From: Scyliorhinus canicula
Lineage: Eukaryota
NCBI RefSeq assembly: GCF_902713615.1
Contig: NW_024055490.1
Location: forward strand, 467,262 to 531,261
Direction of reading: 5' to 3'
Length of the DNA stretch: 64,000 nt
The translations under genes and the position numbers were made by a program. The notes beneath the pieces are model-generated. The model was not told where the DNA came from. It ran no database searches and worked only from the letters and a program-made list of their open reading frames with translations. Of this stretch, positions 45,928-57,829 are shown one piece after another; position 1 is the first letter of the stretch, and each line of letters starts with the position of its first letter.

Positions 45928-46422
45928 CCTCACTGCACAGTAATAGACCGCCCCGCCCCCCACACTGAGGCCGCTTATACTGAGGGAACCGTTCTGTTTA
46001 GACTTGTCAGCAACCGCCAGATGTCGTCCTGAAACTGTTTCTTTCTTCAATGCTAGGTTGTTAGTGATGATCCATCTCGGTTGTTGTGCCGGTTTCTGCT
46101 GATACCATTGCATGAAGTCCATACTCTTGTCTGTATATTCACAATTAAACTGCACCGAATCCCCTTCCGATGCGGTTAGTATCACCGGTGACTGAGTTAC
46201 TGGATCTGTGCATATTCCGCCTGTGAAGGTAGAGGAATTAAATATCAACTGATGAAAACTTGCCAGTATCTGAGAGTTTGTGAAACCTCCCAACTGCGCA
46301 TCATATCGATAGTTTCGAGTGCAATTATATTGCCATCGATCTGTATCAATATGCTAATCTGCCTCGATGGTTACTATCCAGGACTTACCGTGCCACAGCG
46401 CCGCCAGTATTATCAGAAACAT
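45928..46422 (-). CDS. TCR V gene, family 1, open reading frame (V-l)
   Basis: Leader 46389-46422 MFLIILAALWH; V exon 45928-46220 GICTDPVTQSP..C..WYQQKPAQQP..GGAVYYCAVR; RSS 45890-45927 CACAGCG-22-ACAGAACTT (weak nonamer). Confidence 0.88.
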
Positions 46423-46930
46423 GTCAGACTGAATCTCTCTCAGAGATTGTGAAGGAGAGAGGGAGCCCGGGCTCTGCTCAGCTCATTGAAGGTGCGGAGG
46501 GTTGGAGGGGAGCAGGAGTCTATTGTGACCTCACTGGTCTCCCAGCCATACAGGGGAGAGGGAGCCCGGGCTCTGCTCAACTCATTGAGGAGGCAGAGGC
46601 GTTAGAGTGCAGGGGGGGGGGGGGGGGGGGCTACTGTGACCTCACTGGTCCCCCAGCCAAACAGGCTTCAAAGAAAACATCACGTGGGTTTATGACGCCC
46701 GTGCTTGAATTCGGCGCCCTCTGCTGGCAAATTCTGTTAAATCGAATTTTTCTATTGAGTGGGTTCAGGGTTTGCTGCAAAACATACCAAGATTCGAATG
46801 CAACCCAGCAATCTAAATTGGAGCTGTTTAGATACTGTCTTTGTTACTGTTAATGTTTATGCCTGAAAACTATGCTAAATCTCCGGAAACCATTGCTGGA
46901 ATCTTCTGTCTCAATCCAGGGTATGTCAAA

Positions 46931-47002
46931 TATTCAAAGGACAAGACGACCGAGCTAACGATCAGGAGCACAATGATTTCCCACAGCGCCGTGTACGTAT
47001 GT
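46931..47002 (+). pseudogene. 3' fragment of a family-2 V fused to a SINE
   Basis: KDKTTELTIRSTMISHSAVYVC matches V-k FR3; SINE head starts right after the Cys codon. Confidence 0.75.
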
Positions 47003-47320
47003 GGGCGGCACGGTAGCACAGTGATTAGCACAATGGATTCACAGCTTCAGGGTCCCAGGTTCTATTCCCGGCTGGGTCACTGTCTGTGCGGAGCCTGCAC
47101 CTTCTCCCCTGTCTGCGTCGGTTTCTTCCGGGTGCTCTGGTTTCCCCCAGAATTCAAAGATGTGCAGGTTATGTGCATTAGCCATGCTAAATGCCCTCAA
47201 AGGTTGTGTTAGGTTGAGGGGATGAGGTGGGATGTGGGCTTGGGTGGGATGCTGTTTCCAGGGGCATTGCGAACTCGATGGGCCGGGTGGCCTGCTTCTG
47301 CACTGTAGATTCTATGATTG
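47003..47320 (+). mobile_element. HE1-like V-SINE
   Basis: GGGCGGCACGGTAGC head, V-domain, CR1-type tail. Confidence 0.82.
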
Positions 47321-47681
47321 TACGAAATAGTGGCAGGGAGGTTCAGTTGTATCAGATCCCTTCTCGTTGGAGGGAAGTGTCTTCCCTCTATATTGTTCTC
47401 AGTGACTTGAGCAGTGAGCAGGTGCAGGATGATCAACTGTCGCTATTTCCCCTCCCTCACTTGAGACTGCAGCTGCTAACCGCCGCACATTTTGTATCAA
47501 CTTTGAGTCTGCAGTGTCACCGGTCACAGTTTCCGTTTGTTTCTCTCGCTCCAACACCATTGTGATATTCTAGACATTGCTGTCGCTGCTCATTGGTTTG
47601 AGCAGCCGTGCATTGGCTCCTGAATCTGTATTTCTGCTCTGACAGGTAATTTCCTGAGAGTAGCAAATTCAGGAATTGTCG

Positions 47682-48035
47682 CGGGAATCGCCTCTCCTCA
47701 TCATCTCATCTCTCCTCATCACTTCTCAGTATTTCCCTCACTGCAAATCCCCCATTCTCCCCTCACTGTGTAACCTGATATTACTGTTAAGTAAATAATA
47801 ATAATGATGATGATGGGGGTGGCCGTTATGCTGGTCAATATGAGGCCGATGCTGAATTTTATTTTTCCCGTTGGTTTCTGTCTGTCTGGAGTTACCAGGA
47901 CCCAGGGGAACAGCGGGGAGGCTGAAATAAGGGTTGAAGAGGACAGTGACGTCACACAACAGTTCACAGTTAATACAATAGATCCTGACAGGTACAGTCA
48001 GCATCCGGGTACCCTGCACCGTTCATGTTTCATCT
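47682..48035 (+). pseudogene. Family-2 V pseudogene, 3'-truncated (V-n; paralog of V-b)
   Basis: EAEIRVEEDSDVT and flanks match 13830-14190. Confidence 0.7.
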
Positions 48036-48410
48036 GATGGGAGGGAATCCGCGCAGCAGAAAGGGATAGATGATCTTACTATGGCTCACATACAGATAAA
48101 TAAATCCCTGTACATAAGTATATCTTGTTACCGACCGAGGCACAGCACTGTTGAGCTGTCTGGCCGCATGAAGAGGTAGGATCTACAATGGTGTAGACAG
48201 CTCAATGTAGCAGCAGGATCAGGGTACTGACGACCAGAACAGGCTCTGTTAATTTCAGCAGAGCCGGTCAATCCTCTGTTTGCCAGCGATACTCGGGTGA
48301 AAGGCAAAGTCAGTAATATTGGATCCCCACACCCCACCCCGCGACAGTGCAGCAAAAATCTGTAAGGGCGCGACAAATACAAGGCTGTGGCGGACCTGGG
48401 CGTTCATGAC

Positions 48411-49082
48411 TTAAGAACATAAGAACTAGGAGCAGGAGTAGGCCATCTGGCCCCTCGAGCCTGCTCCGCCATTCAATGAGATCATGGCTGATCTTTTGTG
48501 GACTCAGCTCCACTTTCCGGCCCGAACACCATAACCCTTAATCCCTTTATTCTTCAAAAGACTATCTATCTTTACCTTAAAACATGTAATGAAGGAGCCT
48601 CAACTGCTTCACTGGGCAAGGAATTCCATAGATTCACAACCCTTTGGGTGAAGAAGTTCCTCCTAAACGCAGTCCTAAATCTACTTCCCCTTATTTTGAG
48701 GCTATGTCCCCTAGTTCTGCTTTCACCCGCCAGTGGAAACAACCTGCCCGCATCTATCCTATCTATTCCCCTCATAATTTAAAATGTTTCTATAAGATTC
48801 CCCCCCCTCATCCTTCTAAATTCCAACGAGTACAGTCCCAGTCTACTCAACCTCGCCTCATAATCCAACCCCTTCAGCTCTGTGATTAACCTAGTGAATC
48901 TCCTCTGCACACCCTCCAGTGCCAGTACGTCCTTTCTCAAGTAAGGAGACCAAAACTGAACACAATACTCCAGGTGTGGCCTCACTAACACCTTATACAA
49001 TTGCAACATAACCTCCCTAGTCTTAAACTCCATCCCTCTAGCAATGAAGGACAAAATTCCATTTGCCTTCTTAATCACCTGT
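48411..49082 (-). mobile_element. CR1 LINE 3' end
   Basis: KKANGILSFIARGMEFKTREVMLQLYKVLVRPHLEYCVQFWSP; (CTTATGTT)-type tail. Confidence 0.92.
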
Positions 49083-49689
49083 TATTGAACTACTTCTGGT
49101 AGTTTTTAGCGCTCACCATGAGCCACCGTGAAGCAAGTCCCGTATCTGAGTGACTCCCTAGCAGCAGGCAATAGGTGTTTTCTAATGAAGCCTAAAGCAG
49201 ACACCATGGTCCTACATGATAATAATTATGTTGCTCTGTGATGTTCTGTTGAAATTTTTATTCTGAATTTCCTGTGTTAAATACAACAGCAGAGTTTGAC
49301 TCATTCTCTGTTTTATTCCAGGGCCAGGCTCAGTGCAATTGGGCTCATCTGAGTTAACGGTTCTGGAAGAGCAAGCTACAATTTCTGGCTACATTATTTC
49401 CACAGCTGAGAGCTGTTATTAACCCTGCTGGTAGCCCGGTATTTCAAGTTTTAACTTAGCATGTTCATCGCGGCGTGGAAATGTGTATCATGATTTCCCA
49501 AATTGCTCCTCCGCTGACCTATAGAGGAGCAGAGAGACCAATATAACGATTTGACAAATACACCTGGCTGTCTTCGTGAATCCAGAATCAAACAATTTCC
49601 GGAGACAGGAGCAGGAAAGCAGTTTTAGTGGAGCTTTAAATACTCGCTGAGGTTTTTGTACGGGGCTCTAGCTGCTCTCTAACGCTGTG

Positions 49690-50203
49690 CCTCACTGCAC
49701 AGTAATAGACCGCCCCGTCATCCACACTGAGGGCGCTGATATTGAGGTAACCGTTCTGTTTAGACTTGTCAGCAGCCGCTAGATATCGTTCTGAAACCAC
49801 GTCTTCCTTCAGAACAAATACATTGGTAATAATCCAGATTGGTGGCTGTGCCGCTTTCTGCTGATACCATTGCATGTATTCCATACCGGAGTCAGTATAT
49901 TCGCAATCTAGCCGCACCGAATCCCCTTCTGTCACGGTTTTGTCATCGGTGACTGAGTTACTGGATTTGTGCTTAGCCCGCCTGCAAAGGGAGAGAAATG
50001 AAACATCAATAGTTTAAACATAATTGATCGAAATGTGTTTGTATGTGTGTCAGTTTGTGGAAACTCAACTCTACTCATCATCTGGATATTTCTGATCGTT
50101 AATTATATTAAATGTTATTGCAATCTATAACCTGCTAATCTGGCTCCATGAACATTATCCATTACTTACCCTCCAACAACGCCGCCAGTATTAACAGAAA
50201 CAT
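49690..50203 (-). pseudogene. Family-1 V with a single 1-bp deletion in an A run (V-o)
   Basis: Leader 50170-50203 MFLLILAALLE; exon 49690-49981; ATGACAAAACCGTGA shifts frame in FR1; RSS 49651-49689 CACAGCG-23-ACAAAAACC. Confidence 0.87.
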
Positions 50204-51399
50204 GTCTGACTGAACCTGTCTGAGTGAATGGGAATGGAATGAGGCAGAGATTGAGAGGAGAGAGGGAACCCGGGCTCTGTTCAGCTCAATGTTCCACCCA
50301 CACAAGCCCATTGTGACATCACTCTGGCCGCAACACCAATTGGTTTTGACAATGCCGTCACGGAACTTCATCATCCCCATGTTTGAAGGTGGCGCCCTCT
50401 GGTGCCGGATTAGTTTCATTTCTGTTGGAATGCAGCCATTGAATGGATTGAGGGTGTATTGAAATACACAAGAAAACACGAAAATTTCCCAGAAATCTAA
50501 ACTGGATCTGTTAGGAAGCAGTTTTTACGAATGTTGATGTTTATGTCAGAAATGGATACTAAATGGAAGAAATCTTTGCTGGCCGTTTCTTTCCAAATCC
50601 TGTGCACGCCAAATGAGAAGTAGTGTTAGACGTTGGATAAAGTGCGGATGTCAACTATTTAAATATTACCAGGGACGAGAGCCGTTTATGCAAAAGAACG
50701 TTGGCTTCATTTACTTGTAACAAAGGAGGTGGAAGGAAGTCGCAAACGTTTTACTGAAAAACATGCATTTTCGATAGCTTGATCGTCTGTAATTGTTCCC
50801 ATTGGCAGCAGATCCAATGACAAACGATCCCGATTTCACGGCAAAATATGACAGAGAATCATGTATTTATTAATAATATTCCGACTTGTTAACATCTGGA
50901 ACACGACACGTAAAATTATGAAAGAAGATTGAATGGCAAATTTCAAAAGGGGATTGTCATAATCTGAAAAGAGAAAACAATATGGAAAATGTGGGATGTG
51001 AAAAACGATTGGGACAGCATTTTCAAATAGGCACGTGTACGGTAAACCGAATGCTCGTTCCGTTCCCTAATTTTCTATATTTCTGGGCGATTCATGTCAG
51101 TCCCCCGCTAATTGTTCTCACTCAGTTGAGCAGTGAGCAGGTGCAGAATGGTCACATGCCTCTAGAGATTCAACAGTCGCTATTTCCGCTCCACTAGTCT
51201 CGCCTGCAGCTGATACCAGCCGCATCGTGTGACTAGTTTAGAGTCTGCGGTGTCCCAGGGAGCATTTCCGTTTGCTGCACTCATTCTGAAACGATTGTTC
51301 TGTTGGACACATTGCTGCACATGGTCCATTCGTGACATGGAGTAGGTCAGCAATTCAGTGGTCTGGAATCTTGTATTTCTGCTCCACCTGATCACTTCT

Positions 51400-51695
51400 A
51401 ATAATAATAATCTTTATTGTCACAAGCCAGGCTGACATGAACACGGCAATGAAGTTACTGTGAAAAGCCCCTAGTCGCCACATTCCGGCGCCTGTTCGGG
51501 TACACAGAATTCAGAATGTCCAATTCACCGAACAGTACGTCTTTCGGGACTTGTGGGAGGAAACTGGAGCACCCGGAGGAAACTCACACAGACACGGGAG
51601 AATGTGCAGACTCCGCACAGACAGTGACCCAAGCCGGGAATCGAACCCTGGCATCTGGGGCTGTGAAGCAACAGTGCTACCCACTGTGCTACCGT
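51400..51695 (-). mobile_element. V-SINE
   Basis: Paralog of 11050-11359. Confidence 0.8.
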
Positions 51696-52754
51696 GCTCA
51701 CAATGTACTGAAGAGGGACTAATTCAGGATCCGTCTGGTTCCACTCCTCAACATGATCTTACTTCTCAGAAAATATTTCCCTCACTTTAAAACTCAATTT
51801 TTCCCTGACTGATTTTTTTCTCTCAAATATCACTGATTCTACTTGTTTGTCTAATAGTCCTATTTTTCTCAAATCCTTGGAGCACTTCATATTTCATTTC
51901 AACTTTTGTAATTTACCACAATTTCCTCTTCAGTTACCTCATGGGACACTACGTGCCTCTTACCCCTCCTATTTGGGCTGTGTGCAGTTAAAATGGCAGC
52001 CAGAAGCTGGTCTCCTCAGAAACCCCGGAATTAACACACAGTAACATTGGCTTTTTCTCATCACTGCTTCCATGTGATAGACTGACCCCTAAAAGACAAT
52101 GTACATGCCCTTGTCTTTAAAAAACAATGAAGTCCTGATTCCACACAAGAAACCTGAGATCTTTGTTTTTTTCGAAGCATCTCTTGGTCCTCTATACGTG
52201 ATATGAAACTAAGCATTGAACAAATAGCATCGAGCGTAGTTCAGTTGACCATTCGAACCTTCAGTAAGGTGACCAATGATCAGATTGGGGCTTGAGGTCC
52301 AATTTCCTTCATGACCTTCAAAAACGGGAACTCGTTTGAAAATCAGATGCTTTCTTAGAGATCAAAAGCGACATCGGTTTTTTTCCAATCAGGCACAGTT
52401 GAAAATGTTTACCTTGAAAAAGCAGCAATGGCGGGAAGAGAGAAAGTCCCTGAATTCAGTTTCTCGCATAAACCTCAGGAATTGTCGTACTGGTTTGGAA
52501 CCATTTGCCAATCTTTTTGACAAATTGCTGGATCCAATTAAAGAATTATCTGCATAGAGTCATCCCTTATTAATATTTGTGTAATTTGCAATATATGGAA
52601 AGCTGTCACTTGATTACAATAATGGTCTGTCTACCAATGTTTGTTTTGTGTTTGCATGTCTATGTGTGTGTGTGTTTGTGTGACAGAATGTATGTTATGT
52701 GTGTATGTCTGTGTGTTGGAACTGCGTGCGTGTATGTGTGCATCATTGCCTTCC

Positions 52755-53040
52755 GTTTAGGCACACTGTTGCTTCACACTGCTAGGGACTCGTGTTCGAT
52801 TCCCGGCTTGTGTCACTGTCTTTGCGGAGTCTGTTCATTCTCCCCGTGTCTGTCTGGGTTTCCTCCGGTTTCCTCCCACAAGTCCCCAAAGACATGCTGC
52901 TAGCTGAAGTGGGCATTATGAATTCTCCCTCAATGCACGTGAAAAGGCGCCGGAGTGTGGCGACTAGGGGATTTTCACAGTAACTTCATTGCAGTGTTAG
53001 TGTAAGCCTACTTGTGACACAAATAAAGATTATCATTATG
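52755..53040 (+). mobile_element. V-SINE
   Basis: Paralog of 11050-11359 in plus orientation. Confidence 0.78.
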
Positions 53041-53344
53041 TAGAAATATCTTTAATTTACGAACAGGTTATAAATTCTCCAAACACATATTTACAGTTTT
53101 TCATGTAAAATGAACAGAAAACACTTTCCAATACCTGCACCTGTTTCTCTCGACTTTTTAATGATTTAGATATATTTGAAGTCAGACAATTTCTCTCGGC
53201 TTTTTAATGATTTAGATTTATTTGAAGTCAGACGATCTCTGGGGTTTAAAAAGTTCAGACCCCCCCCCCCCTTCCTACGTCATCTCTCACTTTTATCACT
53301 GCGGCAATGTTTTGTACGAGGTTCCCCCTGGTTCTGTCACTGTG

Positions 53345-53868
53345 TCTCTCAGTCCGCAGTAATACACCGCGCTGTCAGACAGCCGCAGCTCCCGCATGCT
53401 GAAATTCCCCTCACTCCTCGAAGTGTCCAAAGATGCTGAAAATCGACTACCCACACCCACTGCTCTGGAAACATGTCCATAATTAGGAATATAGATCCGG
53501 AATGAGGGGGCTTTGTCCCGGTCCCGAGTTACAGCTGTGAATAATATGAAGCAGCAATGATCGAATAGATGTAGATAGTAGTCACCGACTCTCCTTCAAA
53601 CTGTATCAATGTAACCGACTCCTGTGAGACTGAATCTGCGCCACTATGACCTGCACAAATTTAGAAACAAAGGGTATTTAAACAAAATATCATTCTGTTA
53701 TATCAATGTTATCAAGGTGCCGGCATATATTGCAAGTATGGAGAAATAACAGTTAAATGGAAGATTGCCATGCCAGTACACCATGAAAGGGCAGGTTTTG
53801 TAACTTGGGCTCTAACCTGTTAAGAGAGCCGCAGCTGTGAGTAATGAGTAAAAAGTAACTCACAATAT
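53345..53868 (-). pseudogene. TCR V pseudogene (V-p; leader related to V-f)
   Basis: Leader 53817-53868 with ATA start and TGA; exon 53345-53650 Cys23>Tyr and frameshift; ends SDSAVYYCGLRD; RSS 53307-53344 CACAGTG-22-ACAAAACAT. Confidence 0.85.
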
Positions 53869-54554
53869 GTTCACCTTCCGGTGGCTTTGAATTTAATGAA
53901 TTTCCCTGAATTATTTTAAGTCAGAATTCAGAAGCTCCGATCTTTCTGTCGATTGCCTCATTCCTGACACTCAACGGGTGACACCCAATCAGATCACTCT
54001 TCTTTTATCCTGCAATTCATCCAATCAGCGTAAAGTTCCTTTGTTCGCCAACACATGACGTCAGAGGAATGCACATGGAGCCACTTGGAACTGTTCTCAC
54101 AACAGCGAATTCGACAGAAGAACAAAAGAGAATAAAATGTGGATTTCGAGTGGGCCATTCGATTCTTCGAACCTACTCCGCCAATAAGGTCGTCGTTAAT
54201 CCATTTGATATCCACGTCCCTGCGTTGTCCCCAAATTCCTCACTTATCTTCATGTCTGCAAATGTATCGATATCCGTCTTGAAGCAGTTCAGCGACTCAT
54301 CAACAACTATTGTCTGATGTATCCAATTCGGAGAGCGGCTCGGTCACAATTAAACCGACGAAATAATGGCATTTTACATAGACCTACACATATTCAGCAA
54401 CATTAAAAGGGATTGTTCGGGTAAGCTGGTGTTTCGAATGCGCTTTTGGTTATATTAACAGTTCACAATCCAGGTTACAGATCTGATTCAGTGAGAGGAG
54501 GTGAGAGTGCCTTGTTGGTTTTTGTACAGGCTGACTTGCCTCTGAAGCAGTGTG

Positions 54555-55001
54555 GGTCTCAGAGCACAGAGATACACGGCGGAGTCAGAGACACGAACCT
54601 CGACGATCTTTAACTGAACGGTTTTCTTGTGTTTGCCCAAATCAGCAGAAAAACGGTCTGGGACGTCTGAAGACTTATCCCACTGTCCCTTTCCGTAGAT
54701 CTTCAGCAAATATCTCGGAGGTTCGTCGGGGTATTGGAGGTACCAGAAGAGAGTTGGCATAACGCTTTTAGTTGTGTAATTACAGTTCAATATTACCGCC
54801 TGTCCTTCCAGAACCATTAATTCAGGCGAATCCTGGGAAACTGAATCTTGGCCTCTGGTTCCTGTAACAACATATAGAAGGTGTCAGAAATCTGGGAGTA
54901 AATATAACCCATGAAATACAGACTGAGGATTTAAGCTCACGCTCACCGGGCAGCAAGACCTGCAAGACCATTATTATCAGTAAAGCACACAGGGAGCACA
55001 T
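54555..55001 (-). CDS. TCR alpha/delta-type V gene, apparently functional (V-q)
   Basis: Leader 54947-55001 MCSLCALLIIMVLQVLLP; exon 54555-54861 GTRGQDSVSQ..C..WYLQYP..DSAVYLCALRP; RSS 54517-54554 CACACTG-22-ACAAAAACC. Confidence 0.93.
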
Positions 55002-55155
55002 GGTTCCTGATTGGTCAGTAAACAGCGACACTGTTTCAAATATGTTGTTGTATCGAGCTTTATGTTGAAGAGTAAACTCAGATCAGAAACAAGTTTCAAT
55101 TATTGGAAAGATAAGGGACGTTTCTCAGTCCCGCGATTGGTTTTTCTCTCATATA

Positions 55156-55167
55156 TGACGTCAGCTG
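55156..55167. promoter_or_regulatory. Perfect CRE overlapping an E-box upstream of V-q (second CRE at 54056-54063 upstream of V-p)
   Basis: TGACGTCAGCTG ~155 bp upstream of the V-q ATG. Confidence 0.6.
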
Positions 55168-55464
55168 TGGACCAATTGCTGTCCGTTGAGTATTAAATAG
55201 TGTTGGCTCCCACCAATCACATTTCACCCCTTGATGTGTTTGTCTGTCTTTCTCATTGCGTTGCTCTGTCTCAAATTATCAATCAGTCTGCCTCTTTCTC
55301 GTTTGAACTCACTTTCCTTCGAATTCAATGTCTTTATTTTCCTTAAGGTAGACTTTGCACTCGAAGTAAAATGAAAAGTAATAAAATTCAAAATCAGTTC
55401 AGTGAACATAAATTAGTGAATTCCGCCCAACGGATGAACATAATGAATAATTACTGCTGTAATT

Positions 55465-55710
55465 AATAATAACAATCTTTATTACTGTCACGAGTAGGCT
55501 TACATTAACACCACAATGAAGTGACTGTGAATATCCGCAAGTCGCCACACTCCGGCGCCTGTTCGGGTACACAGTGGAAGAATTCAGAATGTCCAATTCA
55601 CTTAACAAGCACGTCTTCCTAGACTTGTGGGAGGAATCCAGAGCACCCGGAGGAAACCCACATAGACACGGGAAGAACGTGCAGGCTACGCACAGACAGT
55701 GACCCAAGCG
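55465..55710 (-). mobile_element. V-SINE
   Basis: Paralog of 51400-51695. Confidence 0.75.
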
Positions 55711-56434
55711 GTAGTCTAACGTGGGGACTTGGCTCTGTGCAGCAGAGCCAACTCTGCCCAGTTGAACCGGGAATTATTATTCACCCAACTCCAAACTCCA
55801 AACTCCAAACACCGATGCCGTTCCACTGGGCTCACTGCAGTCCTGCTGAAATGCTGATTTCACTCAGTCACTAATTTACGCCGTTAATAAATTCGGACAG
55901 AGATGAGGAGATTTTTTTCTATCAGAGGGTTGTGCGACTTTGGAACTCTGTCTTAGAAAGCGGCGGAGGCGCTGGGTCATTGAACATTTTCAAGGTGGAG
56001 TGAGATGGATTTTTGTGGGGTAAGGGAATTAAACATTATTGGGAGTAGATGGGAATGTGGAACTCGGTACAAAAACAGATCAGGCGTGAATTTATGGATT
56101 GGCGGAAAGGGCACGACTGTCAGAATAGCCAACTTCTGCTTCTATTTCGTATGTACGTTATTCACCTGGGAGGTCTGTAGGTGTGTGCCTCAGGGGGCCA
56201 GAAAATTATTCAATTTGATCCTGGATGAAAATGATCGCCAGATGTCACATTTCTCAGCTCCGGCAATCATTGACCTCAAGGAGACATAAACGTTAAAAAG
56301 AGGCTGTATTGACTTGTTTATTCTTTCTACGTTTTCTCTGGGATACAACCCCACGTGTTATCCTGATACTGAAACCTTGATTGTCGACCTGCTCCAGTTT
56401 GTATATGAGCCCCGCCGGGCCCTCATCCACTGTG

Positions 56435-56915
56435 GGTCTCAGCGCGCAGTAATACACGGCGCTGTCTATCATCTTCAAATCTATCAGGGACAAGTGAAAA
56501 GTGCTTTGTGTCGGGTTGTGTTTCCCGCTGAATTGTTCAACGCCGGGAGCCGTCTCGTTAAACCCATTATTATCAGCTCTGAGCAGATACAGAGGAGCTC
56601 GGTGTGGATACTGGCGACACCAGAACAGATAATATACTGCAGCTGAACTCGATACCGAGTAACTGCAGGGTATTGCTCAATCGTTCACCCTCTTCTGCTT
56701 CAATTCCTTGTTCTGACTGGGTCACTGAGTCTTCGTCACTCATTCCTGAAAATAAACAACAAAAATACCGCGGGTTAGAAGGACTAAATGGCAGAGGATA
56801 TGTATCCGGAGATGAAACTGGAAAAATATGACAATTGGGGAATTTCGATAAAGGTTCAATATAACGCATCTGTGATCAGGATAATAACCAGAGACAGACA
56901 GAGTTTCACCCTCAT
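56435..56915 (-). pseudogene. TCR V pseudogene (V-r): 1-nt FR1 frameshift and GT>AT donor
   Basis: Leader 56870-56915 MRVKLCLSLVIILIT; exon 56435-56745 EDSVTQ..(shift)..CSYS..WCRQYP..DSAVYYCALRP; CACAGTG at 56428-56434. Confidence 0.87.
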
Positions 56916-57781
56916 GGTTCCAGTCTGAATTTCAGAAACAGAGACAGTGGTCACTGAATGTACCAGAGCTGCACTTGTAAAAGTTGAAACAGTCAGAGGG
57001 AGGCTGTGAGGTCGAATGCGGTCCCCTCTCCGCCCATGTTCACGTCTTAAAACAGTCGCTTCCTCTCGAAGGGGATCGTGATCGTTCATAAGTGATCAGA
57101 GAGCGCCCTCCCGTGGCCAGCCCACCGCATATTGGAAACTGACACACGGGCACAGGGTAAGACCAACACGGATAGAGATATACAATAGTACAGATATATG
57201 CCCAGAAACTAAAATAACTTCCAACGTGAGTCCACATAAAGTTAGAAGTGTTCTGGAGATTTTTGATACATATTAATCTGAGCAGCTAACGACGAAAACA
57301 AGTGACTATGTCCGCCTCTCGTGTTCAGCGGAAGCCTCGTATGCAGCACAGAATCAACACAAACATAGACACAGTGACAAGTAAACACAGCGATAGATCC
57401 CGAAACTTATCTATTCACACAGACAAACACTGAAGACGATAAGCAAACAGATTATCACAGCCATAGACACAGAAAAGAGCAATGTAGTCAGAGACGCTGC
57501 CAAAAACCTTCGACAGAGTAAGCTTTCCGAAATAGAATTCCCTGAGGTTCTGTCGGTGTGGTAATGTCGTGTTGGATATCCATTGCTATTGAACTGTTCA
57601 TTTCAGCAGTATTAACACCCGGAATGTATTTCCCATTAATCGTAATCATTGTTTTGTAAAAACGACCCGACAGTAGACCCTTTTAATAAAAGCAAATTAT
57701 TGCGGATGCTGGAATCTGAAACGAAAGGGAAAATGCTGGAAAATCTCAGCACGTCTGGCAGTATCTGTAGGGAGAGAAAAG

Positions 57782-57819
57782 AGCTAACGTTTCGAGTCCG
57801 ATGACTCTTTTTCAAAGCT
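57782..57819 (-). ncRNA. Minimal hammerhead motif, family A (U3:A8), in a solo pLTR (~57690-57820)
   Basis: AGCU UUGAAAA A GAGUC-AUCG-GACUC GAAA CGUU AGCU. Confidence 0.68.
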
Positions 57820-57829
57820 GGGAGTATTG

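Noticed and set aside
55729-55751. Perfect 9-bp hairpin TTGGCTCTG-TGCAG-CAGAGCCAA
   Set aside because: Single short inverted repeat with no U-tract or paralog; expected by chance in 64 kb
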